Positions 38,930 through 53,200 of a stretch of 64,000 nt of DNA are shown in pieces. The translations under genes and the position numbers were made by a program. Below the pieces are notes generated by a model that was given only the letters and a program-made list of their open reading frames with translations, made no database searches and had not been told where the DNA came from. Numbering within the stretch: the stretch's first letter is position 1; every line of letters starts with the position of its first letter. This DNA is from Trichoplax adhaerens (Eukaryota; Animalia; Placozoa), in NCBI RefSeq assembly GCF_000150275.1, contig NW_002060950.1:2654106-2718105 (forward strand), written 5' to 3'.

Positions 38930-40933
38930 ATGATAGTGTTTAGAGAATCGTATTGCGATTTTTTAATATTTCAGGTTACTAAACTATATATTATGTTAGA
39001 TTTTCTAGCGAAGATGGATGTCACTATGTACTAGATTCTTGAAGATGTTTAACAAATGGTTAGGCAAATACTGCTGTTAACTATTAGAAATCAGCAGTCG
39101 AACATCTGACTGGCAGATTTCGGATTAAAAGTAGCCGTATACGTATAACAAATTAAAATTTGTTTTGTTGTTGTAAGAATAATTCAATAAAGTGACAATT
39201 TCTTAAGTTACAACCTGAATATCAGTTATTGATGTCATGCAAGCAAATTGACCGAGATCTATTGATGATATTATAAACAGAACGCTGTTCGAATGAACTG
39301 TAGTAGACTCGTGAATTAGTAAGTATAATCACGATACAGTAAAAGTAAAGATTTTATATCAATTTTATTTCTCGAAATCCGATCTTATTTTAGTGGTATC
39401 CTTTAGAAATAAGTCTTAGAAGAGCCTATTGCGTAGTATTCACTATACGAGTATTTCCTGGTAAGCACATAAAGCGGCGCAATTCAGGTTACATTTATCA
39501 CTTATTTAACATCCTTATGACCGTTACTTTGATCTTGTTGTAAACTAATACTACAGCACTAAAACTAAGAATAGGTAGTGAATAATTCATCACGGTAGTA
39601 AATTTCAGATAAAAAATAACTACTGTACTTCGGTCATCATTCCGGTATTATTCACTTATTTGTATTTAATATATATTATAGTGCGTATAATGCACTCATA
39701 TAAATCGACCAGTATACACTTTTAAAGTGAACTAAGGTAGTAATTCGACCAAACCGTAAAACCTTGTTGATATGTAAAAGTGGAGCCTGCCAAAAGTTGA
39801 TCATTGAATATCGAATTCTATTAATTAGTTGCTTTACAATATATAGAAGATCATGATTTGAAACTAGGAAGGCATTGCGGTCAATTATCAAAATCATTAC
39901 GGTAGTTATTATTATACCAGATTGCCAAACCTACAAAGAAATAAATATTCATCGTACCCCATATTTTCTTATTTCAGTGACAAAGAAAGTAAAACATATA
40001 AACGGCAAAACGTATTTGCATGCTATGAATAAAATATGACACATGATCACTAAATGGTAAATATTGAATCTATGTAACCAGCTACACTCGTGACTACATC
40101 GTGAGCGATAATTATATCTGCAGGGTGGCAATTTGATTTTAATGTAAACGTAAATTGATACACAAGCAACAAACAAAAGAAAATAACAGATCGAGCAGGT
40201 AAACGATTTTAGAAGCTTCTAAACCTTCAAAATTGCACCATTACAAGATAAAACCATACATGAATCATGCGTTTTCTGTTCAATCTCTCATTGACGGATG
40301 GCAGGCTGATGATAAATCAGTCAATGACCGCGTAATAGCCTGCTTGCATTGCATGTGCACATTATACAGGAATAAATTGCACATCAATTTTATCGCCTAT
40401 TTAGTAGCTAGTCGACTTTAAATTCAACTGCTACCACTAATTATATAATTAAGAATGGCTTCTATTATAGTGGATAGTCCGGTCGTCTTGTCTTGTCCGA
40501 TTAATTAAAATAAATATACTTTACTTTAGTACACAACTCCACTGGCGTACCACCTAATTTGTATGCAATCCATATTATTAGCGTCATTATAATTTCATAT
40601 ACTACTATAAAATACACATTCAATGGTAGACAAGTAACTATATATATACAAATGAAAAGGCCTTCTAGAATCCTTTTTTGTCGCGTTGATTCTGTCAAAG
40701 GCACGCACCTCAGCAAGGTAAAATTCGCTGTAGTCTATTTTATCATCTGCACAGTTTATATTTTGGTATTTAATGATTGCGTATTCTAATGTATCTATAC
40801 TAATAGAGTGATCGTGGAAAGAGGTAATTTATCTCTATAATGCTAGCTCAGTATCTAATAGCTATCTTGCCCATTTAACAGAAATTTACCAGCACTCAAT
40901 CCATCTGACCTGATACCATAAACGATCTCAGAA

Positions 40934-43900
40934 ATGGCAGACAAGTATGAAAGTTTTTGTTAATATTTAGCAATATCGTGTCGTAGACTGATCATGAAGG
41001 ATTCTCTTGGTTACATTATCACCTACCTCTTGAATCTATTTCAATTTATTTTTATCTTTATTGCACACAGTAAATTGCAGTATTGTAAAATGGTCAACTA
41101 AAACTACTAATGAACGATAGAGTAGTTCGTGAAGAAAATTATCTTTTCGATTGCTTAACACGAAAAATAATGAAACATTTGTGATCCACTGTTCTCAGTC
41201 ATGGACTCTTTTGCGTCTTTATGATAGCGATCAATATCTACCTTGCCGGGTAACAGCGGTTTCAGATCCCTTCGATGAGAAATATGACTGTCTTGCTATC
41301 GTTGCGACATCAATTGATGGTCTAGATGACAGCTTAAGCCAAGTGAAAGAAGCCCTTCAAGCACAAGCCAAGGTAGCATTGGTTATCAATAAACTCATTA
41401 CACTTTATTGCTCGAGCTGAAGCTAGTATGTTTAGCATAATCAGAGGCAAGATCTAATCTACAAGCCGTAAGAATCTAATCCTACTTTCTTAATTCAAAG
41501 TTATAGTTTCGTATTTATTGGATTTTATCATGTTATGAATAAAGAATTTTTTTATTTTCTATCGTAAATCTCTTCAACGTAGAATGCTATTGCATTTACA
41601 ATAGTACCTACGTAGGAGCTTCTTTATTTACAATTTTGTGTACATTCCACTACCGCGATTCATTTTTGCAGTCTTTATAAGAGACTGTTAATCTCTACCA
41701 TTTAGCTTCTTTAAAGTCTAACGATTCATTTAATATAGATCATGATTAGTGAAATTATTGCATGCGGTAGCTACTATCAAGTACTTACGTAGATAACATC
41801 TTCCAGGCTTAATGAAGCGAAATTAATTTTAAAATAAATACGGCAAATTCTGCTTACTTTAGTTAAGTAGGCTACTTCAAAGTATTACTTCGTTACTATC
41901 AAATTTAAAGCCTTTATCTACTTCCTTTCAATTAATACAACGTAGTCGGAATTATACAATCACCAAGTCAGCTATCCTTTCTACATTTCCAATATTAATA
42001 ACCACCATTTCTTAAATTATATGATTGATGTTTTTCTAAATCATATAGGTCGATGCTACCTTTGGATCTGGTTCCCACGTCATTTGCTTCCAAAGTAGAC
42101 CACTGGTAAAAAAATTGACACCAACTTTAGTCATTTGCAATAAACACTACATATAAATAGTACAAATTCGGGCAATAGCAATGTGCATGCAATAGCTATT
42201 GGACGTAATAAACATAGTTAGTTGGTTACCTTCAAACAGCTAAGCACTCTGCCATCATAATGCGATACTGAAACTACGGCATGGGAGCTTAGCATGTGCT
42301 TGCATTGTGCTAGTATATATTTTCGTACTTGATAGCATGATACACGAATGGTACATCTTACTTTACTATAGCTTTGTGCAATTTGTTAAGGAAGTAAAAT
42401 AAATAAATAAATGTTTCAACATCATGAAGATGCGGTAGTATAGTATTTGGCGTACTAACTTTAATCTGTTAATAATCTAGATTTATTCTTCGACTGGGCC
42501 AGTCAATCGAGATTATGATGATGTCCGACGTGTTACTGATGCTGCCAAAGCAGCAATCGTCAGGTTTTTCTTCATTTTATTCTACCATTAAGTTAAATAT
42601 CAAAATAAAAATACACTGCTAACATTCATTTATTAATTAATGTAATTGTATCTTACAGGGCTTATAAAGCTGGCCACAAACGTCCAGTACTGGTATTGCC
42701 AAAGGAAACCCCATTTTCAAATTCATTTGAAGCTGGCGTATTAGGTGCCTTAAGTGCTGCCTATGTTGTATGTTTTCATTTTCCTCTGTATGAAGTAGAG
42801 CTACATCTTTCACTGACTAAGCTACATCTATTCATTAATATAAATAAATGTCCTTACTATTTCGCTTTAGCCGCTGGAATTGCGAGAAGCAAGACCAAAT
42901 AAAGCTCGCAATATAGATGAACTTGGCGTTTTCGTCAGAAATGGGGTAAAGTATAAACTATTTTCTAATTTACTTATCTACTACTCATAATCACCATTTG
43001 CATTTTCCCCACCTTATTCTGCTGATCAAGTTTATTTGAATTTACATATGTTATTACGCAGCAAGAAGAAGCCCTTGTACCTTTCCTTAAAGCAATTGAA
43101 AGTGGCAGGTATGGAAGCAATTTAAGTTATAGACTGCATCATGTACCATTTGTATTTAAAGGAATAAAACAACAAGTCTTTAGCAAAGACGTCAATTTAA
43201 ATTTCTAGATTGGTTTCTCGCGATATTGGTGGATCGGATCCTGAACGTATGGCTCCTCCTAATGCAGCTCGCTACGTTCAAGAAGCATTTATCGATACGC
43301 CTGTTAAGGTTATTCTAGGATTACCATATACATATTACTTACTGTAGTTAATAATATCGCCGCCACACGTTTTAAGCATAGACGAGAAATTTCCAATTAA
43401 CTAATAAAATGAAAAAGTAATGCAAAGTAAAATTAATTATGACATCCTATATTGTCAATGGATATTGTTCATATTACCTACAGGTTAATGTTATATCAGA
43501 CGTTGACATGATCGAAAAGGAATATCCACTATTTGCCGCTGTAAATCGCTGCAGCAAAAGTAATGTCTTATTGTCAATTAATTCGTATTCCTATGTAGGG
43601 TAGTAGTAATTTGAATATCCCTTGCCTAATTTGACGTATTTATTACTCCATTTTCCATCAATAACTGGCTACCTACTACATAAATCTTTCTGTAACCATG
43701 TAATACAACAGCGGTTCCTCGCCACAATGGTCGTATCGTATATCTCGAGTACACTGGTGAGGGCGCGATCGAAGAAACGCTTCTTCTCGTTGGTAAAGTA
43801 AGTAATTAAATTACAATGAGTTCAACCATTTTGTTAGTGTAGAAACAGTCTTGCTGTCATTTCTCTAATATACATCAATAAGAGAGCAAATGTGATATAC

Positions 43901-46900
43901 TGGGCACTGCAGTCCAATATAAATAGAAAACTATTGAAATAGCTTTTGACTTTATTTGATCATGTAGGGTGTAACGATGGATACTGGAGGTGCAGATTTG
44001 AAAGTTAATGGTGTTATGCGTGGAATGCACAGGTAATTATTGAAATTAGAATTAAATCAGCAAGATACCAATGATAGTTGAGCAACATAAAAATTTAAAC
44101 ATTAAATGGCCTTAATTTACTTAATACGGTCTCTTATCTCATCATTTAAGGGATAAGTGTGGAGCTGCAACAGTAGCTGGCTTCTTTCAGGTACTTCGTC
44201 TTGTGTATTTTACCAGTACTAGTTAGAAACGATTTATTGATTTAAGCTTACTTCCGCTGCGTAGATACTCTATAAACTGATAACATAGTATATCAAAATA
44301 CTGATGACTACCTTATTGATTCTCTATTTCTGCCATATTTGATTGAAATACTATCCATAAACATTATGTAAAATATTTTTATGAACAGATTTTATCTCGA
44401 TTACGCCCCAAAAATATCAAAGTCATGGGTGGTATGGCTCTCGTACGAAATAGCATTGGAACAGGTTAATTGATTAAATGACTAAATTTAAAGCGTTACT
44501 CTATTAAGCCAGCTTATCTTGCTCATAATGTGATATGGTCCAAGTTGTTATTAATAAGCAGCAAGGATTTGTTATAAAAAGTTTTATAGAAGTTTATAGA
44601 TAGAAGAATAGCTACGCGTAGAATGAAGTTTATCGGGCCTGTCTATACTCATTCAATGGCATTCATAATTATGAAAACGATTACAAAATTACGTTATAGA
44701 TTGCTATGTGTGTGACGAAATCATTACATCTAGAGCTGGAGTTCGAGTTCGTGTGGTTAATACAGACGCAGAAGGAAGGATGGCAATGAGTGATGTCCTA
44801 TGTCGCATGAAGGAAAAGGTATCATCTATCAGTAATGGAGACTAATTGAGGAGCTTACTCTCTTCAGCTTGGCAAATTAATGAAGTAATATTGATTAATC
44901 TAGATAGACCTTTCACTTTAGCAAATCCTTCTCAATGTTGTAGGCACAAAATGAAATTAATCCCCACATCATGACTATTGCTACATTAACTGGCCACGCA
45001 GTGATGGCTGTTGGAGGAAGCTATTCTGTATGTCATGAAATTTTGAATCACTTCTTTACGCAGTATATTCGGTATTGCTAAATCTTTTGTTCAGCATGCA
45101 AAAGATCACCAGTTGTAATTATTGTGAATCTCACATTAAGAAATGATAAGGAAATTATTGAGATATTTCTTATTTGCTAAAGTGTGTTTTAGACAATGGA
45201 CCAGCCAGCAGACTTCACACAGCCCATAAACTACAAGAAGGTAAGATTGCTAGCTAAGCGTAAAAATGCATCCGTATAAGTTTTCTTCTAGTCTAGGGAT
45301 CCATTATGACCATATTATTGATGCATCTATGCTTATAAACTATTACGATTTATCTCGTTCGTTATCCCTACGAGCTTATGTCATACCTCATCACTGCATG
45401 TATCCAGTACATTAATGTAAAATTTAACTTGAACAAGTATAAATGTACAACAATTTGAATCCCTGACATTTTGCATAATAATATTTTTATGTTAGCAGAT
45501 GGGCAGAGCTTATGTCATACCTCATCACTGCATGTATCCAGTACATTAAAGTAAAATTTAACTTGAACAAGTATAAATGTACAACAATTTGAATCCCTGA
45601 CATTTTGCATAATAATATTTTTACGTTAGCAGATGTGTAGAGCTTATGTCATACCTCATCACTGCATGTATCCAGTACAGTAAAGTAGAATTTAACTTGA
45701 ACAAATATAAATGTACAACAATTTAAATCCCTGACATTTTGCATAATAATATTTTTATGTTAGCAGATGTGTAGAGCTTATGTCATACCTCATCATTGTA
45801 TGTATCCAGCACAGTAAAGTAGAATTTAACTTGAACAAGAATAAATGTACAACAATTTTAAATCCCTGACATTTTGCATAATAATATTTTTATGTGAGCA
45901 GATGTGTAGAGCTTACGTCATACCTCATCACTGTATGCATCCAGTACAGTAAAGTAGAATTTAACTTGAACGACTATAAATGTACAATAATTTTAAATCC
46001 CTGACATTTTGTATATTAATATTTTTACGTTAGCTGGACATCAGATAGGAGATCCTTTAGAGGTTTCAACACTTCGACGTGAGGTACTGTAATAAATAAA
46101 TAAACGTTGATGTTGCATCTTGTACGCTTCCTGTTGGGTCTTTGGCTCGAATAGAAATGTATTCATTTTTATCATTTTGGTAATCATTGCTACAGGATTA
46201 CGACTTTGTTGGCCCAGATACAATATATGAAGATGTTCGACAGTGCAATGAGCTACCATCCTCTAGAACCCCTCGTGGTCATCAATTCCCAGCAGCTTTC
46301 ATGATACGTGCGTCAGGGCTTGATAAGGTATTGCAATCTTGCATCATGCATCTCTATGTACTCGTATATAATGAATTAATTATAAGTGCGACTAGTATAC
46401 CTTATAATACACTACACGTATGTTTGATCCTTTCCATATCGTGTTTATTGTCAATATTGCAGATTAAGCAGAGGATTACTTATTGATTAACTGATCAACT
46501 AAATAGTACAGCACCTACGTTTACATTACAAATAAAGTTATAGGCTAATTTGTAACCCTTCATAGACTGCCTCTGGCATGTAAAATCGCTGCTGTATACT
46601 GTAGTAGTTGCAACATTGGCATACCGGTATATACGCATATATAGTATATATTATATTGGTATATCCAAATTACAAAGGAGATGGCAATACTACACAGAAA
46701 TTCATCTCACGCTATTTATATTTCCTATTTACTAAAATGAAATTATGAACTTAATCTATTTTATACTATAGTTTGGTATAGATGCTGACAAACCCATTCG
46801 CTATACACATCTTGATATTGCTGGTTCATCTGGTCTATACCCGCAAGTAAATCCAACTGGTGCTCCATTGCCGTCGCTAGCTCAACGATATCTTCGCGAT

Positions 46901-46909
46901 AAATGCTAG
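40934..46909 (+). CDS. M17 leucyl aminopeptidase, paralogue 2, 19 coding exons
   Basis: ATG 40934 (MADN|DQYLPC); same intron positions as paralogue 1; VGKGVTMDTGGADLK, HRDKCGAA, NTDAEGRM, ATLTG, HLDIAG; TAG 46907-46909; probable 5' UTR exon ending at donor ~40717. Confidence 0.93.
45372..46033 (+). repeat. Intronic tandem repeat, 134-135 bp x 5, ending at the functional 3' splice site
   Basis: gagctta(t/c)gtcatacctcatca starts at 45372, 45506, 45640, 45774, 45909; last copy ends ttttacgttag at 46033, the acceptor of the next exon. Confidence 0.97.
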
Positions 46910-48192
46910 ATCAAAAATCCTTTTCATGTGCAGTTGCACCAATGACGTAGGATGATGTTGTTGACAATTGCAATTTTTCTTTCTTTTCTCTAAACTTGAC
47001 GTTATCAAAGTCCCATATGATTTTAAGTGCAACTACATTCCTACGTATGTCTCATGTATTTTTGATGGGGAATGCCTGCAGTAAAATAGTCGTAGCGTAG
47101 TCCATGTCCAATTATCTACCCTAAGTCGTTACTGACATTATACGTAGTAGGTTAGAATGTGTGATCGTAATTTTCAGAGTTGTTTGCAACTGTGATCTTA
47201 ACTTGCTAGATCTAACGCCTGTCAAGGAGAAATTGAACATGTCCTTTGCGTTTCGTTCTCGTGCATGTCCAATAGTACCATTGTACTTTCCTATTCCTAA
47301 CGGCGTTCTTCGATAGATAGATGTGATCACAAGATATTTTACAAATACGTTTCATGTCGAAGACTTGTTCTGAAATAAAGTCAATAAAATAATTAATGTG
47401 TCCCCCAAAATTGAATCAAGACGTCAACATTATTTGCATAAACGTCATCATCATCCATTGATCAAGACGTTATAAATTCAATTAAATGCTTTGTTGCAGA
47501 TAGGATACGCATTGGGAAATGTTTTGATTCTAATGTCGTCACTCTGTTGATAAACTAATTACATATTACAGTAGGGATATATTGAATGAAATCTTAAATA
47601 CTATGCTATCGATTGCTCAATTTTACTGCTCAATCTTGCAGTAAGGTGGCATATCAACTGTCTTGATATCTACTATATGGACAGTGCACTATACCAGGGG
47701 CTATGAAACCCTTCCCTACATCCAACCATGAAATTCACCTTTTTACTCGGATTTTGCCACTCTGATCTACAATTTGCTGCTTCACTCTGCATTAGTGGTA
47801 TACTGTATACTGTACAGTAAGTACACTCTAAGTTAGTCTCGACCAGTGATCTATCTGCGCTCAAGGACTTTTTGTAGTCAATAATAAAGATCGCTTATTA
47901 ATGCCATTCAAGACTTTCATCTTTGCGAAATTCTATGAAATACTAAATCCTAATATTGAATAATCGATGGAAATGATCCAACCATTTCAATAATAAGGTA
48001 CAGAAGGTGACCTTTAACCGTCTAGAAAACACAAAGGCAATCGCACGCTAAAAGCATTAAAAAAATCAGTTACGTCACTTTGAAATCAACATGCCCTACG
48101 CTAGAAAGCGTTAAGACCACTATGATTGAGCTTTTCACATACACGAAAAATTACCCATTAATTATCAGAATAGTTTAATCAACATTTGTATC

Positions 48193-48214
48193 CCCCCCCC
48201 CCCCCAAAAAAAAA
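48193..48214. repeat. Poly-C run followed directly by poly-A run
   Basis: c13 then a9. Confidence 0.9.
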
Positions 48215-49839
48215 TGAGATTAAACGAGAAATTGATCGCTTGGACTGCAAGTGGGTAGGAGCTTGTATCATGATGAATTTGTAGATGATTTTACAAAGTG
48301 CAATGTTGGCAATAAAATGCGGATGGACAGAATCCGTGTTGCATTTGAACGTATATAACTCAATGAAATACTGTAGTTGCTGCAGCCTTGTCTAGCCTAT
48401 TACATAACATCCATCAATGACGAGAGAGGAAATAGTCGCTAGTCTGTCTCGGCACAATCCAGTGCACGACTTGCTGGCTAGAAATAAATCACTTGGATTG
48501 ATATTAAATTAGCATTGTCGTTTATCCTTATCGAATCTCCGTCTAGTCATTTTATTTGCCCATCATTTCCCTCTAGTACAAGGCTTCCATGGACAGCCTA
48601 GCCTACCCATTCAATCTACAATAACAGCCTTCAACAACGCATGAAATCTACTACCCAAATCCAGCTTGATTTTGTCTTGGATTCCCTTGCCCAAATTATT
48701 TGACCTACTGCAATTTGCAATAGTTCAGATATCAGGTTGCAGGTAGGTTCAGGTGATTTTGCACGAGTGACGGTACCAGCAGCACGTCCACCAGGGCTAC
48801 ACCTCTTGTACGTTCAACCAAATTGACCTCATCCGCATTTGTATAGAAATTCTGATGCAAATCGAGTACGCAGTCTATTTGCCTATTGTGGCGTACTGGA
48901 TCAAGCACTGCTAGTCCAAAGATTTCTTTTTTTTTTTATCTAGTGGTCGTTGACGCCTTAGACTGAGTTGGGTCAGTAACGTCATGGTAACGTCATCATC
49001 GCGATGACAAAAGATCGAGATAACAAGACATAACACAATCCTCTTGGATTGTGTCTGTCTGTCTATAACCAATAGGTTTGTTTACGTCGATGAGAAAAAA
49101 AGTAATGACGCTCCTCCTCCTCAAAGTAAACCGACCATCCCACAAAATATCACATGATGTCTTATCTCAAAGCGTCACTGTTACGTTTTGTCCAATCAAA
49201 TTGCTGCACCAAATAGTGTCATCGCATGAATAATTCATGACTTTCATCTGCGTCAACAGATACTTGAAGAAAAAAAAAAAAAATCAGAAAAACTTGGGAC
49301 TTTCCCCAACCATCGACCATCCTCATACTCAAGAAAAGACAAAAAATAGACAGTAATCATGATCGGTAAAGCCTTCCATTTTCAATCTAATCAATGCAAT
49401 TCGGTCGATGGAAGTGACGAACAAAGATCCACTTGGGTCAAGTGGACCTACTGTCCGTAGACCAGCCTTGACATGGACGGTACACAATGCCCTATTGAGG
49501 CAGCATAATACGTGACTGGTTGGTAGTGAGATATGTATCCTTCAGTCTACTTTAAGCTACCCTACTACCATGATTCTTTTTTTGCATGGGAGGCTTTCAG
49601 ACAGGTCACAACACCACAGTCGCTTTTCTTTTCACTGTAGCGACTACAGTACAATAGACTGTAGCCTGCGCAACCACAACCACAATACAAGCCATACTGT
49701 CGGAGAGTACGGTACCATGTTGCCGAGAACGACTCTACTGTACCATGTAGTAGTCACACATTTTACCAGCCATCCTTTGACGGCTGTCCTGTCCTGGCAA
49801 TGTGGCTAAGTACTGTAGAAGTGTGGACTGTAGATTGTA

Positions 49840-49857
49840 AACAACAACAACAACAAC
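49840..49857. repeat. (AAC)6 microsatellite upstream of PDCD4
   Basis: aacaacaacaacaacaac. Confidence 0.9.
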
Positions 49858-50240
49858 TTTCTGGACAATCTCATTCGACCTATCAGTAGAACCTGCTTAG
49901 ATTGCCATCAAGGAAAAAGAGAAACGCCATAACATTTCCGTCAGTAATTTGCGATCCCATTTGGTATCATTGGAACCTCTTGAACAACAGCTGCAACTGT
50001 TGCAAACGCAAAATTAATACAGCATAGAACTGTACTTGGCTATTGGGGAATAGGGATTGATATCAAGTAATACGGTGTGTTTGTCCCCAGTGTCCACAGT
50101 ACCACAAGTGATCGCAATCAAAACAACACTATCGTGGGATCACTTAACACCAGACAATCTTGGGCCTAGTTTATTAGTCGTCAACGTCATCAAGGAGAGC
50201 AATTCCACCTAAAAGTACCTCTAATCAATACAACATCCAC

Positions 50241-53200
50241 ATGGCTGACATTGAGCAAGGAATTGAAGAGCGAAATGGACATAGTCCACAAAACGATTCC
50301 AATGAAGAAGATACTCTTTCGCCTCTCAAAGATTATAAACGAAAAACAAAACGTATTTCACCACCACCTGGAGAAAAAAGCCCACAGGCTGCAATGACGT
50401 ATGGTTCCAATAAGGCAAAGCTGACTGATAAACATTCACGCATTGGGAAAGGTAGAGGCCTTCCTAAAAAAGGTACTGACGGACTTGCAACATGCTTTCC
50501 TTCTTTCTTTGCACATACTGTAAAATTGGATTGTAATCATTTGCGGAACACGATTCTAGCGTCTTTTTCAACCTAGCTCTTTGTTGCACATCCGTCATAA
50601 TCAATTGGAAATGAACTTCCTTAATTAATTTAAAAAACCCAACAGAAAGTCAAACTCATCGCTGTACAGTATAGCATGATAACTGCACGTATAGCACGGT
50701 ATTCAATGCTTGCACAAGTGCTTAACCAATTGCAGAAAAAGACCTTTAGTCAATGCAATTACAAAATAAGATCAGCGCTACAATTGATGCATAGGATAAC
50801 CAGATGATTTTGTAGAAGTACTGTACTGTTCAATGACTGACCAATCTTGATGCACAGCATACGACTGGTCATTTACGTAGTTTGCTGCGATCATCACCTT
50901 CTACTGCTATCGATTCGAAACTACTAGAAAGAAACAAAACAACGACGGTAGCTTTACAATTTGGTGTTATTGATAGGGTAGAAGATTTCAAGGATCACTA
51001 TACAATTTAGTCTAATAAACTCACTACTGTTTGGTACAGTACCCTCCCTACATGTCCAAGAGAACTCTTGTAGACGGCCGATTTGAAGCCTTATTAAATT
51101 ATTTATAGATTCAGCAGCCGTAAAAATGCACTAAAATTTCCATAGTCTAGTTTAAAGACCATCATTACCCATAAATCCTAATGGATAAAAATTACCCAAC
51201 ACTGGTCAACAAGTCTGAAACAAGCGCTATGAGAATTGACTGTCGAAAGACCCAAACCGCCTACGTATCAGCTCTGTCTAGTAGATTATTTGCTAGAAAT
51301 TTGGCTCAAATTTAGTGCTAGCGAAACACTTCTTTACTGAACTACATACAATGTTGATCCCTTACGTGAGAATTGTTTTAGATTTATTGACATACTCGCT
51401 TGCAGACGAAAAGCAGATCAACTAGAGTCTGATGCAATACTGTAGGCTGGTGTACGCGTGCCTACGCTAATTCCAACAGGCACCCTGGAGCTTTTATTGC
51501 TGCCACCCCGTCACTTGTGGCAATACGCATACGCTATTATGGGATGATTAAAGGCGAGAATAACTTAAATTAACTGTAAATAAAATGTCTATACTGTACT
51601 CTAGTATGCTGATCAATGGTTACGGACGTCATTTTAAGTTTATTCTCCGTGACTTCTCACTTAGTCATCGCCCTTTTTTGAATAAAGTCTCTGTTCTCTT
51701 GGCTATACATTCAAATACAGCTAAACACAAATCGAGTTTGATATCAACACACGCACTATTCATTAATGCAATTATTACAGCATTGGCAGCAGTCGTAATC
51801 ATCAGCAAAATCATTCCAGCTAAGTCGATAAAGATTGACTAAAAATTGACACAATTATCTTCTCGCTGCTCAATCTACAATGTATGTTTGCTAAATGTCA
51901 TGCCAAAGACAAATAACAGTAAAAAATAACAAGAAATGTTTTATACTAGCCGCTTACACTAGCGTACTGTCGATATTATAGTGAGACATTATGGATGGAC
52001 TATACAGTACTGTAGTTATAGCTCGCATAAACGAGATGGGGGTTATGCTTGTTTATAGACGTACGCTATTTGTTAAATTGCGTATAGCCATGATAATAAT
52101 AATAATTAATTATTATAATCATCAAATCACATTGATAATCTTATTTTGTTCAGGCGGAGCTGGTGGAAAGGGCACTTGGGGCAAACCTGGAGTAGTCTAC
52201 AGCCAGGAAGAATTACAATGTCGCGATGAGAAAGATATCGACTACGAATCCGATGAAGTAGGATAATAAATTACAATTGTATCCCTCCTACATAATGAAT
52301 AGTATAATCAATGATTTAGTAAATTACTATAGTAAGACTTGATCTTGCAATTGTATACAGACAGAATGAATGATGTAGATAAACTTTCCGCTATATAAAT
52401 AAAAGAAGTATTTTATTCTAGTCAATTAGTGCCAGCTAAAAGTAAATATATTAACCATAATTTAGGAATATGTTGTTCATGCGACTAGTCCCGAATTAAC
52501 CGAAGAAGAGTTTGAATCCAATATCCCCCCTATTTTAAAGGTAATTTTGTACTCGAAAGTAAGGAAATAACTGTTTATATTATCGAGTTGTACGTACGAC
52601 TTAATCAGTAGGCTATTAGATGCTAATTGTTGCTGCTAAAATACTGTCCATTCCTGCAAAGTACAGTAATTAAATTCATTATATCAGCAAAGACAAGCGT
52701 AGTTCTTGATCTCACTAATTTCATGTTGTAAAATTATAGGACTATCTACATCATGGTGACGCAGACGAGTTAGCGGTAGGTGCACACATATTCATATTTC
52801 CTAAATTAAGACATAAAAACAAGCGGTTACTGTGTCTTAATAATTAAGTAAGCGATATTTACTGTGCATCACTGAATGTGTTATAGGGTGCTTTAGCGGG
52901 CCTAAATGTATCAACACAAAAGCACAAGGTTAAAATTTTTAACTTTTCAAAGTTGAAATAGTACTCATTTCGTTAGATTAATTGAAACTCTGCTTTATAG
53001 GTGGTTAGTTTTGCTATTAATATGGCGATGGACAGGAAGGTTAGCCCCCCTCGACACACTAACTGACGATTTGACTAGCATTGGATTTTTCATAAATCCC
53101 TAACATCCTGCATATTTCTGTTAATTTAGGCTACGGAAAGAGAGTTGGTTTCCCAGTTAATCTCGGAGTTATATGGAAGTTTCATTTCTCAGAAAGCCAT

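Noticed and set aside
49296-49305. Perfect NF-kB site gggactttcc upstream of PDCD4
   Set aside because: Single 10-mer; chance occurrence is plausible and there is no supporting evidence
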